The notes under the pieces: model-generated
The model's input: only the letters and a program-made list of their open reading frames with translations
Database searches by the model: none
What the model was told of the DNA's origin: nothing
Assembly: GCA_027065045.1 (NCBI GenBank)
Contig: JAMOOX010000087.1
Location: 30,912 to 94,911, forward strand
Direction of reading: 5' to 3'
Length of the DNA: 64,000 nucleotides
DNA from: Campylobacteraceae bacterium
GTDB lineage: Bacteria > Campylobacterota > Campylobacteria > Campylobacterales > Sulfurovaceae
Program-made: the position numbers and the translations under genes
Part shown: positions 10,645-20,233 of the stretch, in pieces
Layout of the letters: every line of letters begins with the position of its first letter
Position numbering within the stretch: the first letter of the stretch is position 1

Positions 10645-10817
10645 TAAACTACTTGATACAGATGTAATTATTTGGTATCTAAGAGGTAATCAAAATGCTT
10701 ATGACCTTATTCATAATATTGGTGAGTTTGCTATATTATGGTATGACACTTTATACAGCTAATGATAAACATTATAAAGTGATTAAAGAGTTAGATATTT
10801 TTGTATTTAGACCATAA
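10641..10817 (+). pseudogene. PIN-domain VapC toxin remnant (frameshifted, internally deleted)
   Basis: ATG at 10641 reads MINYLIQM*. The +2 frame reads DKLLDTDVIIWYLRGNQNAYDLIHNIGEFAIL (PIN N-terminus). A third frame reads YTANDKHYKVIKELDIFVFRP* (PIN C-terminus). The middle of the domain is missing. Confidence 0.55.
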
Positions 10818-10830
10818 AGAAAGGAACAGT

Positions 10831-11547
10831 ATGAAACTCCAAGAGATATACAACAAATTAGACGAAATCAGTCCATTTGACCTACAAGAAAGATGGGATA
10901 ATAGTGGATTAATTATTGGAAATATGGATAGTAATATAGAAAAAATTATATTATCTATCGATATTGATGAAGATTTACTTCTCAAAAGTGATAAAGATGT
11001 GCTTTTTATAGTCCATCATCCTTTGATATTTGATGGGCTTAAATCTTTGGATTTTGCTAAATATCCTGCAAAGTTAATTAAAATTATGATAGAAAAAAAT
11101 CAATCTTTGATTGCTATGCATACAAATTTTGATAAAACTCATCTTAATCGATATGTTTTTGAAGAGGTTTTGGATTTAGAGATAGCTAGTTTTGAAGATT
11201 TTTTATCTGTTTCTAATAAAGTTTTTACTAGAAGAGAGCTTATATCTTTGGTTAAAAGTAGGTTTGATATTGATAAGGTTAGAGTTGTTAATCCCAAAGA
11301 GAAGATACGAGGAGTTGCCTTAACTACGGGAGCAGGGGCCTCTTTGATGGATAGAGTGAGTGTGGATTGTTTGCTTACTGGGGATATAAAATATCATGAT
11401 GCAATCAAGGCAAAATCGCAAGATTTGATGATGATTGATATTGGACATTATGAGAGTGAGCAGTTTTTTGGGGAGGTGCTAAAAATGGAGTTGGAAAATT
11501 TACCTATTTTAGCTATAATTTCAAATTCGCAAAACCCATTTCATTAG
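10831..11547 (+). CDS. Nif3-like dinuclear metal centre protein (YbgI family)
   Basis: MKLQEIYNKLDEISPF..., with HHPLIF, HTNFD and GHYESE motifs. I prefer the ATG at 10831 over the track start at 10801. Confidence 0.85.
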   Translation: MKLQEIYNKLDEISPFDLQERWDNSGLIIGNMDSNIEKIILSIDIDEDLLLKSDKDVLFIVHHPLIFDGLKSLDFAKYPAKLIKIMIEKNQSLIAMHTNFDKTHLNRYVFEEVLDLEIASFEDFLSVSNKVFTRRELISLVKSRFDIDKVRVVNPKEKIRGVALTTGAGASLMDRVSVDCLLTGDIKYHDAIKAKSQDLMMIDIGHYESEQFFGEVLKMELENLPILAIISNSQNPFH

Positions 11548-11565
11548 AGTGCTAAAGGATAAGAA

Positions 11566-12285
11566 TTGAATAATGATTTAACAGAGTTAATAAAGTTATC
11601 AGATATAGATAAATCTATTGATAGCTTTTCACCAAAAATAGAGTCTGCAAACAAAAAGCTAGAAAAAGCTAAAGCTAAATTAGATAGTATTGTAGAAAAT
11701 AGAGATGCAACTAATCAATTAATAGAAGATAACAAAAGCAAAGTATCTGAATTTGAAAATCAGTTAGAGATGCTAAATCAACAATTAAAAGATATTACAA
11801 AAAAGAATAAAATTGTAACTACTGAAAAAGAGTTAAAGGCACTTACTTTAGAAGAGGAAATTGCAAAAGAGAAGATGACTTTTGCAAATGAAGAGATAGA
11901 AAAACTTCAAGATATTAATGAAAAAAAATCTATTGAATTAGATGAGTTTCAAGAAGAGATTGATAGAGAGAGTGCATTAGTTGATGCTATTATTCAAGAA
12001 GTAGCAGAGACAACTTCTGATATTGATAGTAAAAAGAGTGCTTTGTATGGCAAAAGAGAAGAGGTAACAGTAGGAATTAAACCAAATGTTCTTCAATTCT
12101 ATGAGAGAATTAGAATGTGGGCTAGAAATAGTGCTATTGTACCTATGAGAAAACAGGCTTGTTATGGTTGTTTTATGAAATTAAATGACAAGACTTATGC
12201 AGATATAATCAAAGCACAAGAGATTGTAACTTGTCCTCATTGTGATAGAATTATATATATGGAACCAGTAGAGGAAGAAGAGTAA
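11566..12285 (+). CDS. coiled-coil C4 zinc-ribbon protein (COG1579/HP0958-like)
   Basis: Long coiled coil followed by CYGCF...CPHCDRIIY. The pairing with the Nif3 gene is conserved. Confidence 0.75.
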   Translation: MNNDLTELIKLSDIDKSIDSFSPKIESANKKLEKAKAKLDSIVENRDATNQLIEDNKSKVSEFENQLEMLNQQLKDITKKNKIVTTEKELKALTLEEEIAKEKMTFANEEIEKLQDINEKKSIELDEFQEEIDRESALVDAIIQEVAETTSDIDSKKSALYGKREEVTVGIKPNVLQFYERIRMWARNSAIVPMRKQACYGCFMKLNDKTYADIIKAQEIVTCPHCDRIIYMEPVEEEE

Positions 12286-12288
12286 TCT

Positions 12289-13452
12289 TTGTTTAATATA
12301 ATATATACTATTGTTATCTTGATAGTATATATTATCTCTATCGCTTTTATTATAATATTCTCATTTAAAGATAAATATAAACAATCCCTACCATCACGAT
12401 TTTTTTTACGAAACAATCCTAAACTAAAACCAAATGGTATATGGTTTCACTCCTGTTCTTTAGGAGAGGCAAAAGCAATCAAACCACTTATTGATAAATT
12501 TAATATAGATGATATTCGTCTAACTACTACTACAAATACAGGATTTGGTGAAATATCTAAATATAGCTCACAGAGTCGTTATCTTCCTTTTGAGATACTA
12601 TTACCATTTTGGATAAAACCTCAAAAAACTCTTGTAATTATGGAGGCTGAATATTGGTATATGCTATTTTTATTATCTAAACTTTATGGTGCTAAGATAG
12701 TCTTAATTAATGCTAGAATGAGTGATAACTCTTATAAAAATTATCTAAGATTTAGATGGTTTTATCGTAAAATATTTGCATTTGTAGATAAGATTTATGC
12801 TCAAAGTGATATAGATAGAGATAGATTAGAGACTCTTGGTGCTACAAATATAGAGGTAATAGGTAATATCAAACTCTATAAATTGCCACAAACTACAAGA
12901 GAACTAGATAAACCAAACTCACTTATAGTTACTGGGGCAAGTACTCACAGTGGAGAGGATATTTTAATATTAGAGGCATTTAAAAAATTTAAAGAAAAAA
13001 ATACAAATGCTAAACTTATTTTAGTACCTCGTCATAATTTTGATAAAATTGTAGATTTAGCTAATAATTTTGCTAATATAAATCAGTTATCATTTTCACA
13101 ATATTCACAAGATAAAAGCCTAAATAGTGATATAATAGTTGTAGATATGTTGGGAGAACTTATTAATATATACTCTATTAGTGATATTGTTATTATTGGT
13201 GGTTCATTTATAGATGGGATAGGTGGGCATAATGTAGCAGAGGCATCTCAATTTGGTTGTAAGATAATATCAGGTAAATACTATTTTAACCAAAAAGATA
13301 TATATCGTTCTGTTAGTGGGATTAAAATTATAGATAAAAGTATGCTATATCAGACTCTTTTAGATTATCAAAATTTATCATCTACCAAAGTATTAGTTAA
13401 GTGTGATATAGAACCTATCTTATCTACTATTGATGATTATATCCATAGATAG
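12289..13452 (+). CDS. waaA: 3-deoxy-D-manno-octulosonic acid (Kdo) transferase
   Basis: N-terminal TM helix, WFHSCSLGEAKAIKPLI motif, GT30-like C-terminal half (GGSF..GGHN). Confidence 0.85.
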   Translation: MFNIIYTIVILIVYIISIAFIIIFSFKDKYKQSLPSRFFLRNNPKLKPNGIWFHSCSLGEAKAIKPLIDKFNIDDIRLTTTTNTGFGEISKYSSQSRYLPFEILLPFWIKPQKTLVIMEAEYWYMLFLLSKLYGAKIVLINARMSDNSYKNYLRFRWFYRKIFAFVDKIYAQSDIDRDRLETLGATNIEVIGNIKLYKLPQTTRELDKPNSLIVTGASTHSGEDILILEAFKKFKEKNTNAKLILVPRHNFDKIVDLANNFANINQLSFSQYSQDKSLNSDIIVVDMLGELINIYSISDIVIIGGSFIDGIGGHNVAEASQFGCKIISGKYYFNQKDIYRSVSGIKIIDKSMLYQTLLDYQNLSSTKVLVKCDIEPILSTIDDYIHR

Positions 13453-14335
13453 AAAAATTAGATTTACCACCTTTTTTAGCCATATACATCGCTTTATCTG
13501 CTAGTTTTAATAACAAATCTATATCTAAAGTATCTTGGATATATCTACTAATTCCTATACTAGCAGATACTTTTAGTATATTTTCATTGTATATAAGAGG
13601 TATAGAGGTGGCATCTATAATCTTTTGTGCTAATATGTTGAGATTATCTATATCTACTATATCTTTGATAATTATAACAAACTCATCTCCTCCTAATCTA
13701 GCAAATATATCATCTTTTCTTATCATTTTTGATATATTAGATACGACCCATTTTAATATTTCATCTCCTGCTTTATGTCCATAATTATCATTAATTGGTT
13801 TAAAATTATCTAAATCTATAAAAAATAGAGAAAAAGTAGATTTATTATCTCTAAGTTGAGCTAAACTTTGATTAAAAGAGAGGCGATTTTTTATTTTTGT
13901 TAGTTCGTCATAGTGTGCTAGATTATATAAAATCTTTTTATCTCTATCTTTCTCTATTTTCTCTTTTAAACTAGCAGTAACTTCTAATAGTTTTTCATTA
14001 AACTTATCAATATCAATTGGTTTAGATATAAATCCATTTGCTCCATAATTTAATGCCTCCATCAAATTATTTTTATCTCCAAATGCAGAAGTGATAATAA
14101 TCATTTGTTCTTTGTCAATTGATTTTATCTGTTTAATCATATCAATACCATTTAACTTTGGCATATTTAAATCTGTAACAATAATATCAGGTTTTTTAGA
14201 TTTATATATCTCTATACCCTCTTCACCATTAAAGGCTTGATAAAACTCTTTGACCTCATCAGAGAGATAAAATTTCATATACTCTTGTGTATCTTTATCA
14301 TCCTCTACATATAAAAGTGTAAAATCTTGTAACAT
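13427..14335 (-). CDS. response regulator / diguanylate cyclase (REC-GGDEF)
   Basis: The receiver has DIIVTDLNMPKLNG. The GGDEF domain has an intact RLGGDEF and an RKDD (RxxD) I-site 5 aa upstream. Confidence 0.9.
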   Translation of the reverse strand: MLQDFTLLYVEDDKDTQEYMKFYLSDEVKEFYQAFNGEEGIEIYKSKKPDIIVTDLNMPKLNGIDMIKQIKSIDKEQMIIITSAFGDKNNLMEALNYGANGFISKPIDIDKFNEKLLEVTASLKEKIEKDRDKKILYNLAHYDELTKIKNRLSFNQSLAQLRDNKSTFSLFFIDLDNFKPINDNYGHKAGDEILKWVVSNISKMIRKDDIFARLGGDEFVIIIKDIVDIDNLNILAQKIIDATSIPLIYNENILKVSASIGISRYIQDTLDIDLLLKLADKAMYMAKKGGKSNFSIYGYNHQ

Positions 14336-14336
14336 A

Positions 14337-15956
14337 CTATATACTCCTATTTAAAACTATTTCAAATGTTGTAATGCCATCTATACTAGATGCTTTTATG
14401 CTTCCTCTCATATGCTCTTCTATAATTATTTTTGTCATATAAAGTCCTACTCCTGTACCATTTTTTTCATTTTTTGTAGAAAAATATGGGTCAAATATTC
14501 GCTCAATTATATCATTTGGTATCCCACCTGCATTATCTTTGATATATAATTTAATATGCTTCTCTTCTATTTTATAATAGATATTAATCAACGCATTTTC
14601 TATTTTATTTTCTATCAAGGCATCTTTTGCATTATTGATAATATTAATAATAGATTGCCCTAGCTTATTGGGATACCCATCAACAAAACAGCCATCACAC
14701 TCACTTACTTGTAGTTTTATACTATTTTTTGTAAGTATAGGAGATACTATTGATATAGAATTATTTATGCTATCATGAAGATTAAATATTTTTTTATCTA
14801 CCTCTGGTTTGAAAAAGTTTCTAAATTCATCAATAGTATCAGACATATATTTAATCTGCTTTTGTGATGATTGTTCAAAATAATCCATAATATTATCATT
14901 TATTTTACCTCTTTTATACTTCAATATAATTGTTTGGCTAATTAATGATAGATTATTTAGAGGTTGTCTCCATTGATGGGCTATCATACTTATCATCTCT
15001 CCCATTTGAGCCAATCTTGATTGTTGTAACATTAACAGTTGTTGTTCTCTATTTTTGGCTACCTCTTGCTTGATTGTATCTTTTAAATATTTTTCTCTTG
15101 TTTTATTCTCTTCAAATAAAACACCTGATATTAAAGCCAAAGATATATGGACAAGTATAAAAAAATTGATATTAATAATATTATCTACCATAGAGTGAAT
15201 AGCAAAAGCACCCACTCCAATATATACACTATAAGTTGATACCATAGCTATTACCACAGGTAGGGCAACACCATATAATAGCCCCCTCCTAGAGATTATT
15301 AATATTACAGCAGGTATAGTAAAAGTAAGTAGTAGTGATAAATTCTCTAAAATAATCTTCAACTCTAAAATATATATAAAAATAGTAAAGAGGAGTATAT
15401 ATAATAGATACTCATATATATTTATCTTTTTATAATGTATTAGTATCAATAATATAAATGGAGTAAATAACAATTGCCCCATTATATTACCAAACCACCA
15501 TGAAAAAAGAGATGATAAATAAGAAATATTTTCTAACTCATTGCTAATATATAAAACATAATTACCCAAAATAGAACTAAATGGTTGTAGTATAAAAATA
15601 ATAATCATAACTAACCCCAAAACATCTCTTAGAGTTAATAGATTTTTATGTAAATTATATCTATTAAATATAACCACTCCAATAACTGCCTCTAAAGCAT
15701 TGATAATAGAGATAAAAAAAGATGGAATAAAATCCAACGAACAACTAGATGCTAATATAAATTGTCCTATAAATATACCTAACCATACTCTTTTACCCCA
15801 AAATATAGCTGAAGCTAATGCTAATCCCTCTGATGCAAATATTACAATTGTAACAATAGTATCTTCTTGTAATATAGAAAAACTAACTTTTCCTAGCAAA
15901 AAATATCCGATGGATATAAATATAGTTAAAATTAAGTACTCTCTATTATATTTCAA
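14337..15956 (-). CDS. membrane sensor histidine kinase (MASE1-like N-terminal multi-TM domain)
   Basis: About 8 TM helices, H-box IAHQWRQPLN, and ATPase N/G boxes (NNAKDA, GTGVGLYM). Adjacent to the REC-GGDEF gene, which starts 2 nt downstream on the same strand. Confidence 0.85.
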   Translation of the reverse strand: MKYNREYLILTIFISIGYFLLGKVSFSILQEDTIVTIVIFASEGLALASAIFWGKRVWLGIFIGQFILASSCSLDFIPSFFISIINALEAVIGVVIFNRYNLHKNLLTLRDVLGLVMIIIFILQPFSSILGNYVLYISNELENISYLSSLFSWWFGNIMGQLLFTPFILLILIHYKKINIYEYLLYILLFTIFIYILELKIILENLSLLLTFTIPAVILIISRRGLLYGVALPVVIAMVSTYSVYIGVGAFAIHSMVDNIININFFILVHISLALISGVLFEENKTREKYLKDTIKQEVAKNREQQLLMLQQSRLAQMGEMISMIAHQWRQPLNNLSLISQTIILKYKRGKINDNIMDYFEQSSQKQIKYMSDTIDEFRNFFKPEVDKKIFNLHDSINNSISIVSPILTKNSIKLQVSECDGCFVDGYPNKLGQSIINIINNAKDALIENKIENALINIYYKIEEKHIKLYIKDNAGGIPNDIIERIFDPYFSTKNEKNGTGVGLYMTKIIIEEHMRGSIKASSIDGITTFEIVLNRSI

Positions 15957-15992
15957 TTTATCTCTCCTATTTTAAGTTGAGTTTTTGCTAAA

Positions 15993-16355
15993 TTATATTA
16001 ATATTATATATCCAACAAATAACCATATTACACCAACCATCATAATGGTAATAAATACTACACTACTACCCAAATCTTTTGCCTCTTTGGCTAATGGGTG
16101 TATCTCGGTGGTTACTAAATCCACCACCCTCTCAATAGCACTATTAACAAGTTCTGCTATTAGTACCAAAAAGAGAGATGATGATAAAATCATCTGATAT
16201 GGAGTCTCAATAGGTATTATAAATATTGCTACTTGAAGTATTATAAATATAATCAACTCAATTTGAAATGATTTCTCATATTTAAATGCTATTTTCAACC
16301 CATTAATGGCATAAGATGTATTATTAAATAGATGATACTTTGGTTTATTTGTCAA
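15993..16355 (-). CDS. dgkA: diacylglycerol kinase
   Basis: 120 aa with 3 TM helices and the DgkA motifs NTSYAINGL...FQIEL...LVLIAELVNSAIE. Confidence 0.85.
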   Translation of the reverse strand: MTNKPKYHLFNNTSYAINGLKIAFKYEKSFQIELIIFIILQVAIFIIPIETPYQMILSSSLFLVLIAELVNSAIERVVDLVTTEIHPLAKEAKDLGSSVVFITIMMVGVIWLFVGYIILI

Positions 16356-16735
16356 AATAGTTCCTTATTTTTTATTATGCTTTTTAGGTATAATAGTCTT
16401 TACATGATTTCCATGTTGAGTAAGTACAATAAAACCTTTTTTTTAAAGCTTTTTTTTGTAAATCATCACTAAAAATTTTACCTGCAATAGCACCTTGAAT
16501 TTTATAATTTTTAAATGCTGGATGGAATTCATAAAATTCTTCTATAATTTTATCTAACTAAGCTTTGTTGTTTAACTTTATTTTTAACCTCTATAGTTGT
16601 TTTAGTAATTCCATCAAGATGAATACCTAAAGATTTTAGTTTTTTATCTGTAGCCTTTTGAGACTCTTTTAATTCCAATATAGCTTTAGCTAAATCTTCT
16701 GATGTTATCACAGCTTACTCCTTTTATATCTAAAA

Positions 16736-18076
16736 TTAATAATACTCTACCACTTTTTCCATACTCAAAGCCCCATCAAATAGAGTCTTCTCATCAAATA
16801 CCTTGGCAATTAGTTGTAATCCTATTGGCATACTATTACTATCTTTTGCCACTGGGATTGATATAGCTGGTAATCCTGCTAAATTTACACCAATAGTGTA
16901 CATATCACTCTTATACATCTCTAATGGGTCTTTACTTGAACCAATTTTAGGTGCTGTTGTAGGTGCTACTGGAGATAATATCAAATCAGCCTCTTGGAAT
17001 ATCGCATTAAACTCATCTCTTATTAAGTGTCTTACTTTTTGGGCTTTTAGATAATAAGCATCATAATATCCTGATGATAATACAAAGTTTCCTAAAAGTA
17101 TTCTTCTTTTTACTTCATCTCCAAACCCTTTGCTTCTTGTTTGGATAAATGTATCAGATAAATTACTTCCCTCTTCTCTACTTCCATATCTAATTCCATC
17201 ATATCTAGCAAGGTTTGTAGTAGCTTCAGCAGTAGCCACAATATAATAAGTTGCTATATCATATTTTGTATTTGTCATATTTTTATGGATTATTGTATGC
17301 CCTGCCTCTTGAAGCTTAGATAGAGTATCATTAAATGCTTTTTGTATCTCCTCATCTGCTTCGCTAATATAGTTATCAATTACAGCAATAGTTAATTTAC
17401 GATTACTATCAAGATTTGGATATATCTTCTTATCATCTCTATTAGCACTTGTAGAGTCTTTCTCATCATAGCCTACAATAGCATCATAGAGTATAGCACT
17501 ATCTTCAACATTTTGTGTAATTGGTCCAATCTGGTCAAGGCTTGAAGAGTAGGCACTAAGCCCATAACGGCTCACTCTTCCATAAGTTGGTTTCATTCCT
17601 ACACAACCACAATATGAAGCAGGTTGTCTAATACTCCCACCTGTATCACTTCCCAAAGCACAAATAGCTATCCCACCTGCTACAGCAGCAGCACTTCCAC
17701 CACTACTCCCCCCAGGTGTATGAGCCAAATTATGAGGATTTAGAGTCTTACCATAAAAACTACTCTCTGTTGTAGAACCCATAGCAAATTCGTCCATATT
17801 TGCCCTACCAAATGGAGCTAATCCATTTAATTTAAGGTTTTTAATCGCAGTTGCTTCATAAGGGGCAATATAGCCTTGAAGGATTTTAGAGGCACTTGTT
17901 ACACTCCACCCCTCTACTTGAATATTATCTTTGATAAGTACCGGCACACCATCACCACTACTATTAAAATCTATATAAGCATTTAATCCACCATCAATAG
18001 CTTTTTGCTTCATCTCCTCTTTTAATTTATCTAATTCATCTTGATTTTTTGTTAATGCCTCTTTTAAGGTAATCAT
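16736..18076 (-). CDS. gatA: Asp-tRNA(Asn)/Glu-tRNA(Gln) amidotransferase subunit A
   Basis: Amidase signature [12 protein letters not shown]...[12 protein letters not shown]. The MITLKEAL start at 18076 is preferred over the track start at 18100. Confidence 0.93.
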   Translation of the reverse strand: MITLKEALTKNQDELDKLKEEMKQKAIDGGLNAYIDFNSSGDGVPVLIKDNIQVEGWSVTSASKILQGYIAPYEATAIKNLKLNGLAPFGRANMDEFAMGSTTESSFYGKTLNPHNLAHTPGGSSGGSAAAVAGGIAICALGSDTGGSIRQPASYCGCVGMKPTYGRVSRYGLSAYSSSLDQIGPITQNVEDSAILYDAIVGYDEKDSTSANRDDKKIYPNLDSNRKLTIAVIDNYISEADEEIQKAFNDTLSKLQEAGHTIIHKNMTNTKYDIATYYIVATAEATTNLARYDGIRYGSREEGSNLSDTFIQTRSKGFGDEVKRRILLGNFVLSSGYYDAYYLKAQKVRHLIRDEFNAIFQEADLILSPVAPTTAPKIGSSKDPLEMYKSDMYTIGVNLAGLPAISIPVAKDSNSMPIGLQLIAKVFDEKTLFDGALSMEKVVEYY

Positions 18077-18261
18077 ATATAATCCTCTTACAAATTTCAT
18101 TTATAAGGATTATACAAAAGTCTAATTTATAAGGTGTTGAAATATCTAATATTTTAAAGAGTTATTTACAATCAATTATATATCTTATATATACGAGGCG
18201 TTGAATATACACTAAATTTATGCTATACTACCAACCTGTAAATGTAAATATAGCCAAAACA

Positions 18262-18605
18262 GTTTGCGAACTTTTTAGCTAAGTTTATTTTAAGCTAAAA
18301 TCACGATATACCCCTAAAAATGGGAGTTTAGTAGATTTTACCCAATTTTCAAAAAGTTCGCAAACCTAAGCTTTTTGAAAAGCACCAAGGAGGTTTGCGA
18401 ACTTTAAGTTTATTTTAAGATAAAACCCCCCGTATTTACGGCTTATGGGAGCTTAAGAGAACCTAAAAGTTCGTAAATTAACTTTTTGGACTACTACCCA
18501 AAGAGGTTTGCGAACTTTTTTGACCCCTCAAACCCCCTAAAAATGGGAGATTTAAGAAAAAACCAAGCTAAGTTTGTATATAATTTGACTTAGGTTTGCG
18601 AACTT
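18262..18605. repeat. tandem, degenerate ~90-130-bp repeat units anchored by the 12-mer GTTTGCGAACTT
   Basis: The exact 12-mer occurs at 18262, 18393, 18506 and 18594 (+). Its reverse complement AAGTTCGCAAAC is at 18354, and a degenerate copy AAGTTCGTAAAT is at 18467. The units also share AAGTTTATTTTAAG-TAAAA and CCCCTAAAAATGGGAG blocks. No ORF is present. Confidence 0.8.
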
Positions 18606-18684
18606 TTTTGCATTGTTCCATAAAATCGTACTGTTTTGTAGATTAATTTTTTTGGAAATTTAATAGTTTTATGATTATAAGGCT

Positions 18685-18866
18685 ATTTATATACCTATGA
18701 CCCGAATTAGGGGATTGAAACAAATCTTCTTCAGAGGCTAAAACACTATTGTTAGATTTATATACCTATGACCCGAATTAGGGGATTGAAACTTGTCTTT
18801 CCAAGTAAGCATACCATCTTTTCGGAAAGATTTATATACCTATGACCCGAATTAGGGGATTGAAAC
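18685..18866 (+). CRISPR. orphan CRISPR mini-array (3 identical 37-bp repeats, 2 spacers)
   Basis: The repeat ATTTATATACCTATGACCCGAATTAGGGGATTGAAAC occurs at 18685-18721, 18756-18792 and 18830-18866. The 34-bp and 37-bp spacers are unrelated to each other. An AT-rich leader-like stretch lies upstream. A 4th repeat, if present at about 18902-18938, is strongly degenerate. Confidence 0.8.
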
Positions 18867-19057
18867 CCTATTCTGAAAGTCAAATACTTAAACTCTTTAT
18901 TAGACTTCTTGCAAAACTTGGGAACTGATGCTTTAGCTTCAGTAGGTATTTAGTGAGGCTGAAGCCAAAGAGCAATAATCATTAAGTCATTGGTATTGAA
19001 AGCTTACTTGCCTATTAGGAGTGGGTGCTAAATGGTTACAATATTTTTAACATAAAA

Positions 19058-19447
19058 TTAAAACTCTTGTCTAATCTTATTTAATACTCTATCAAATGCT
19101 CCATCTTCATCATCTTTAAAATCACTTTGGACTTTATAATAACAATTTAATCCATTTGATATAGTAACTCTAATATATCCATTAAAATCACTTCCTACAC
19201 TTTTGACAATTGGATTATTACAATCTCTAATATGATATTTAAGTAGTTGGACTCTATATTTACAACTTTTATTATCTTCAAATCTAAAAGCATTTTGAAG
19301 TCTTTTTTTATCGCTATCTTTTATTAACATATCATAGCTAAGACAATTTAGAGTCTCTTTCTTGGTGCAAAATTTATCATAGATTGGGAAATCTTCTTGA
19401 CAACTTATAAATATAATAGATGTTAATATAAATATAATATTTCTCAT
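19058..19447 (-). CDS. hypothetical lipoprotein
   Basis: Signal peptide with a lipobox (IIFISC). No recognisable domain. Confidence 0.6.
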   Translation of the reverse strand: MRNIIFILTSIIFISCQEDFPIYDKFCTKKETLNCLSYDMLIKDSDKKRLQNAFRFEDNKSCKYRVQLLKYHIRDCNNPIVKSVGSDFNGYIRVTISNGLNCYYKVQSDFKDDEDGAFDRVLNKIRQEF

Positions 19448-20196
19448 TTTTTATCTTTTTTTAGTGATGCTATAAACTTATCTCTAATAGATATTGGAAT
19501 AAAAGATAGAAGCTTGATAATAATAAAAAATCTTTTTGGGAATTTATAACATCTTTTACTATTTTCAATAGCATATATAATTCTTTTTATTCCTTGTTGA
19601 GTAGTTAAAATAAATGGCATTTGAAAGTTGTTTTTATCTGTCATTGGAGATTTGATAAATCCTGGTAAGATATTGATTACTTCAATTGCATTTGGTTTGA
19701 GTAGGGTTCTTAATCCTTGTGCATAAGCATTTAAAGCCCTCTTAGAGCTACTATAAGCAATAGAACTTGGCATTGTAATAATTGAGGCTAAAGATGATAT
19801 TAAAACTATTTTAGAGCCTTGATTGAGAGAGGGGATTAAATGCTCTAATAAGGCATGGACGGATAAGAAATTTACATCTACTACTTTTTTTAAATCTTTA
19901 AAAGAGCTATATCCATTATGGGAATGTCCTAATGATATACCTGCATTTGCAATTATCATATCTATTATTGGCTCTTTTTGAGCTATCTCTTGAGTTATTT
20001 TTTGTAATTTATCAAAATCACTTACATCAACTTGATAAATTTCAACACTATTTGCACCAAGTAGTTTTAGTTCTTTTGATAGAGAAGATAATTTATCCTC
20101 TCTTCTTGATAATAAATATAAATTATTATTAGGTGCATAATACCTGCTTAATTCTCTACCTATACCAGAACTCGCACCTGTGATAATTATTATCAT
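19444..20196 (-). CDS. SDR family oxidoreductase
   Basis: TGASSGIGRE Rossmann motif and YSSSK catalytic motif. Confidence 0.85.
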   Translation of the reverse strand: MIIIITGASSGIGRELSRYYAPNNNLYLLSRREDKLSSLSKELKLLGANSVEIYQVDVSDFDKLQKITQEIAQKEPIIDMIIANAGISLGHSHNGYSSFKDLKKVVDVNFLSVHALLEHLIPSLNQGSKIVLISSLASIITMPSSIAYSSSKRALNAYAQGLRTLLKPNAIEVINILPGFIKSPMTDKNNFQMPFILTTQQGIKRIIYAIENSKRCYKFPKRFFIIIKLLSFIPISIRDKFIASLKKDKK

Positions 20197-20233
20197 TTTT
20201 TTATATCCAATAAAATGGTTTTAATAAACTTTT

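Noticed and set aside
13427-13452. 26-bp convergent 3'-end overlap of waaA and the REC-GGDEF gene as a possible antisense regulatory arrangement.
   Set aside because: Short convergent overlaps are common in compact AT-rich genomes. No associated structure or motif was seen, so nothing supports a special function.
18262-18605. Integron attC-like or Xer/dif-like recombination sites as an explanation for the inverted GTTTGCGAAC / GTTCGCAAAC copies.
   Set aside because: The core does not fit the attC R'/R'' consensus (GTTRRRY/RYYYAAC). No integrase or Xer gene is adjacent, and no cassette ORFs lie between the sites.
18591-18612. Possible sigma-54 promoter reading of GGTTTGCGAACTTTTTTGCA upstream of the CRISPR leader.
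   Set aside because: The GG and GC elements are about 17 nt apart rather than the canonical spacing of TGGCAC-N5-TTGC. Only the last of the four copies has the TTGCA.
18902-18938. A fourth, terminal CRISPR repeat that would give a third spacer at 18867-18901.
   Set aside because: Only about 10 of the last 15 positions can be aligned (TTGGGAACTGATGC versus TTAGGGGATTGAAAC), and the 5' half does not match. It is mentioned as a possibility but not annotated.
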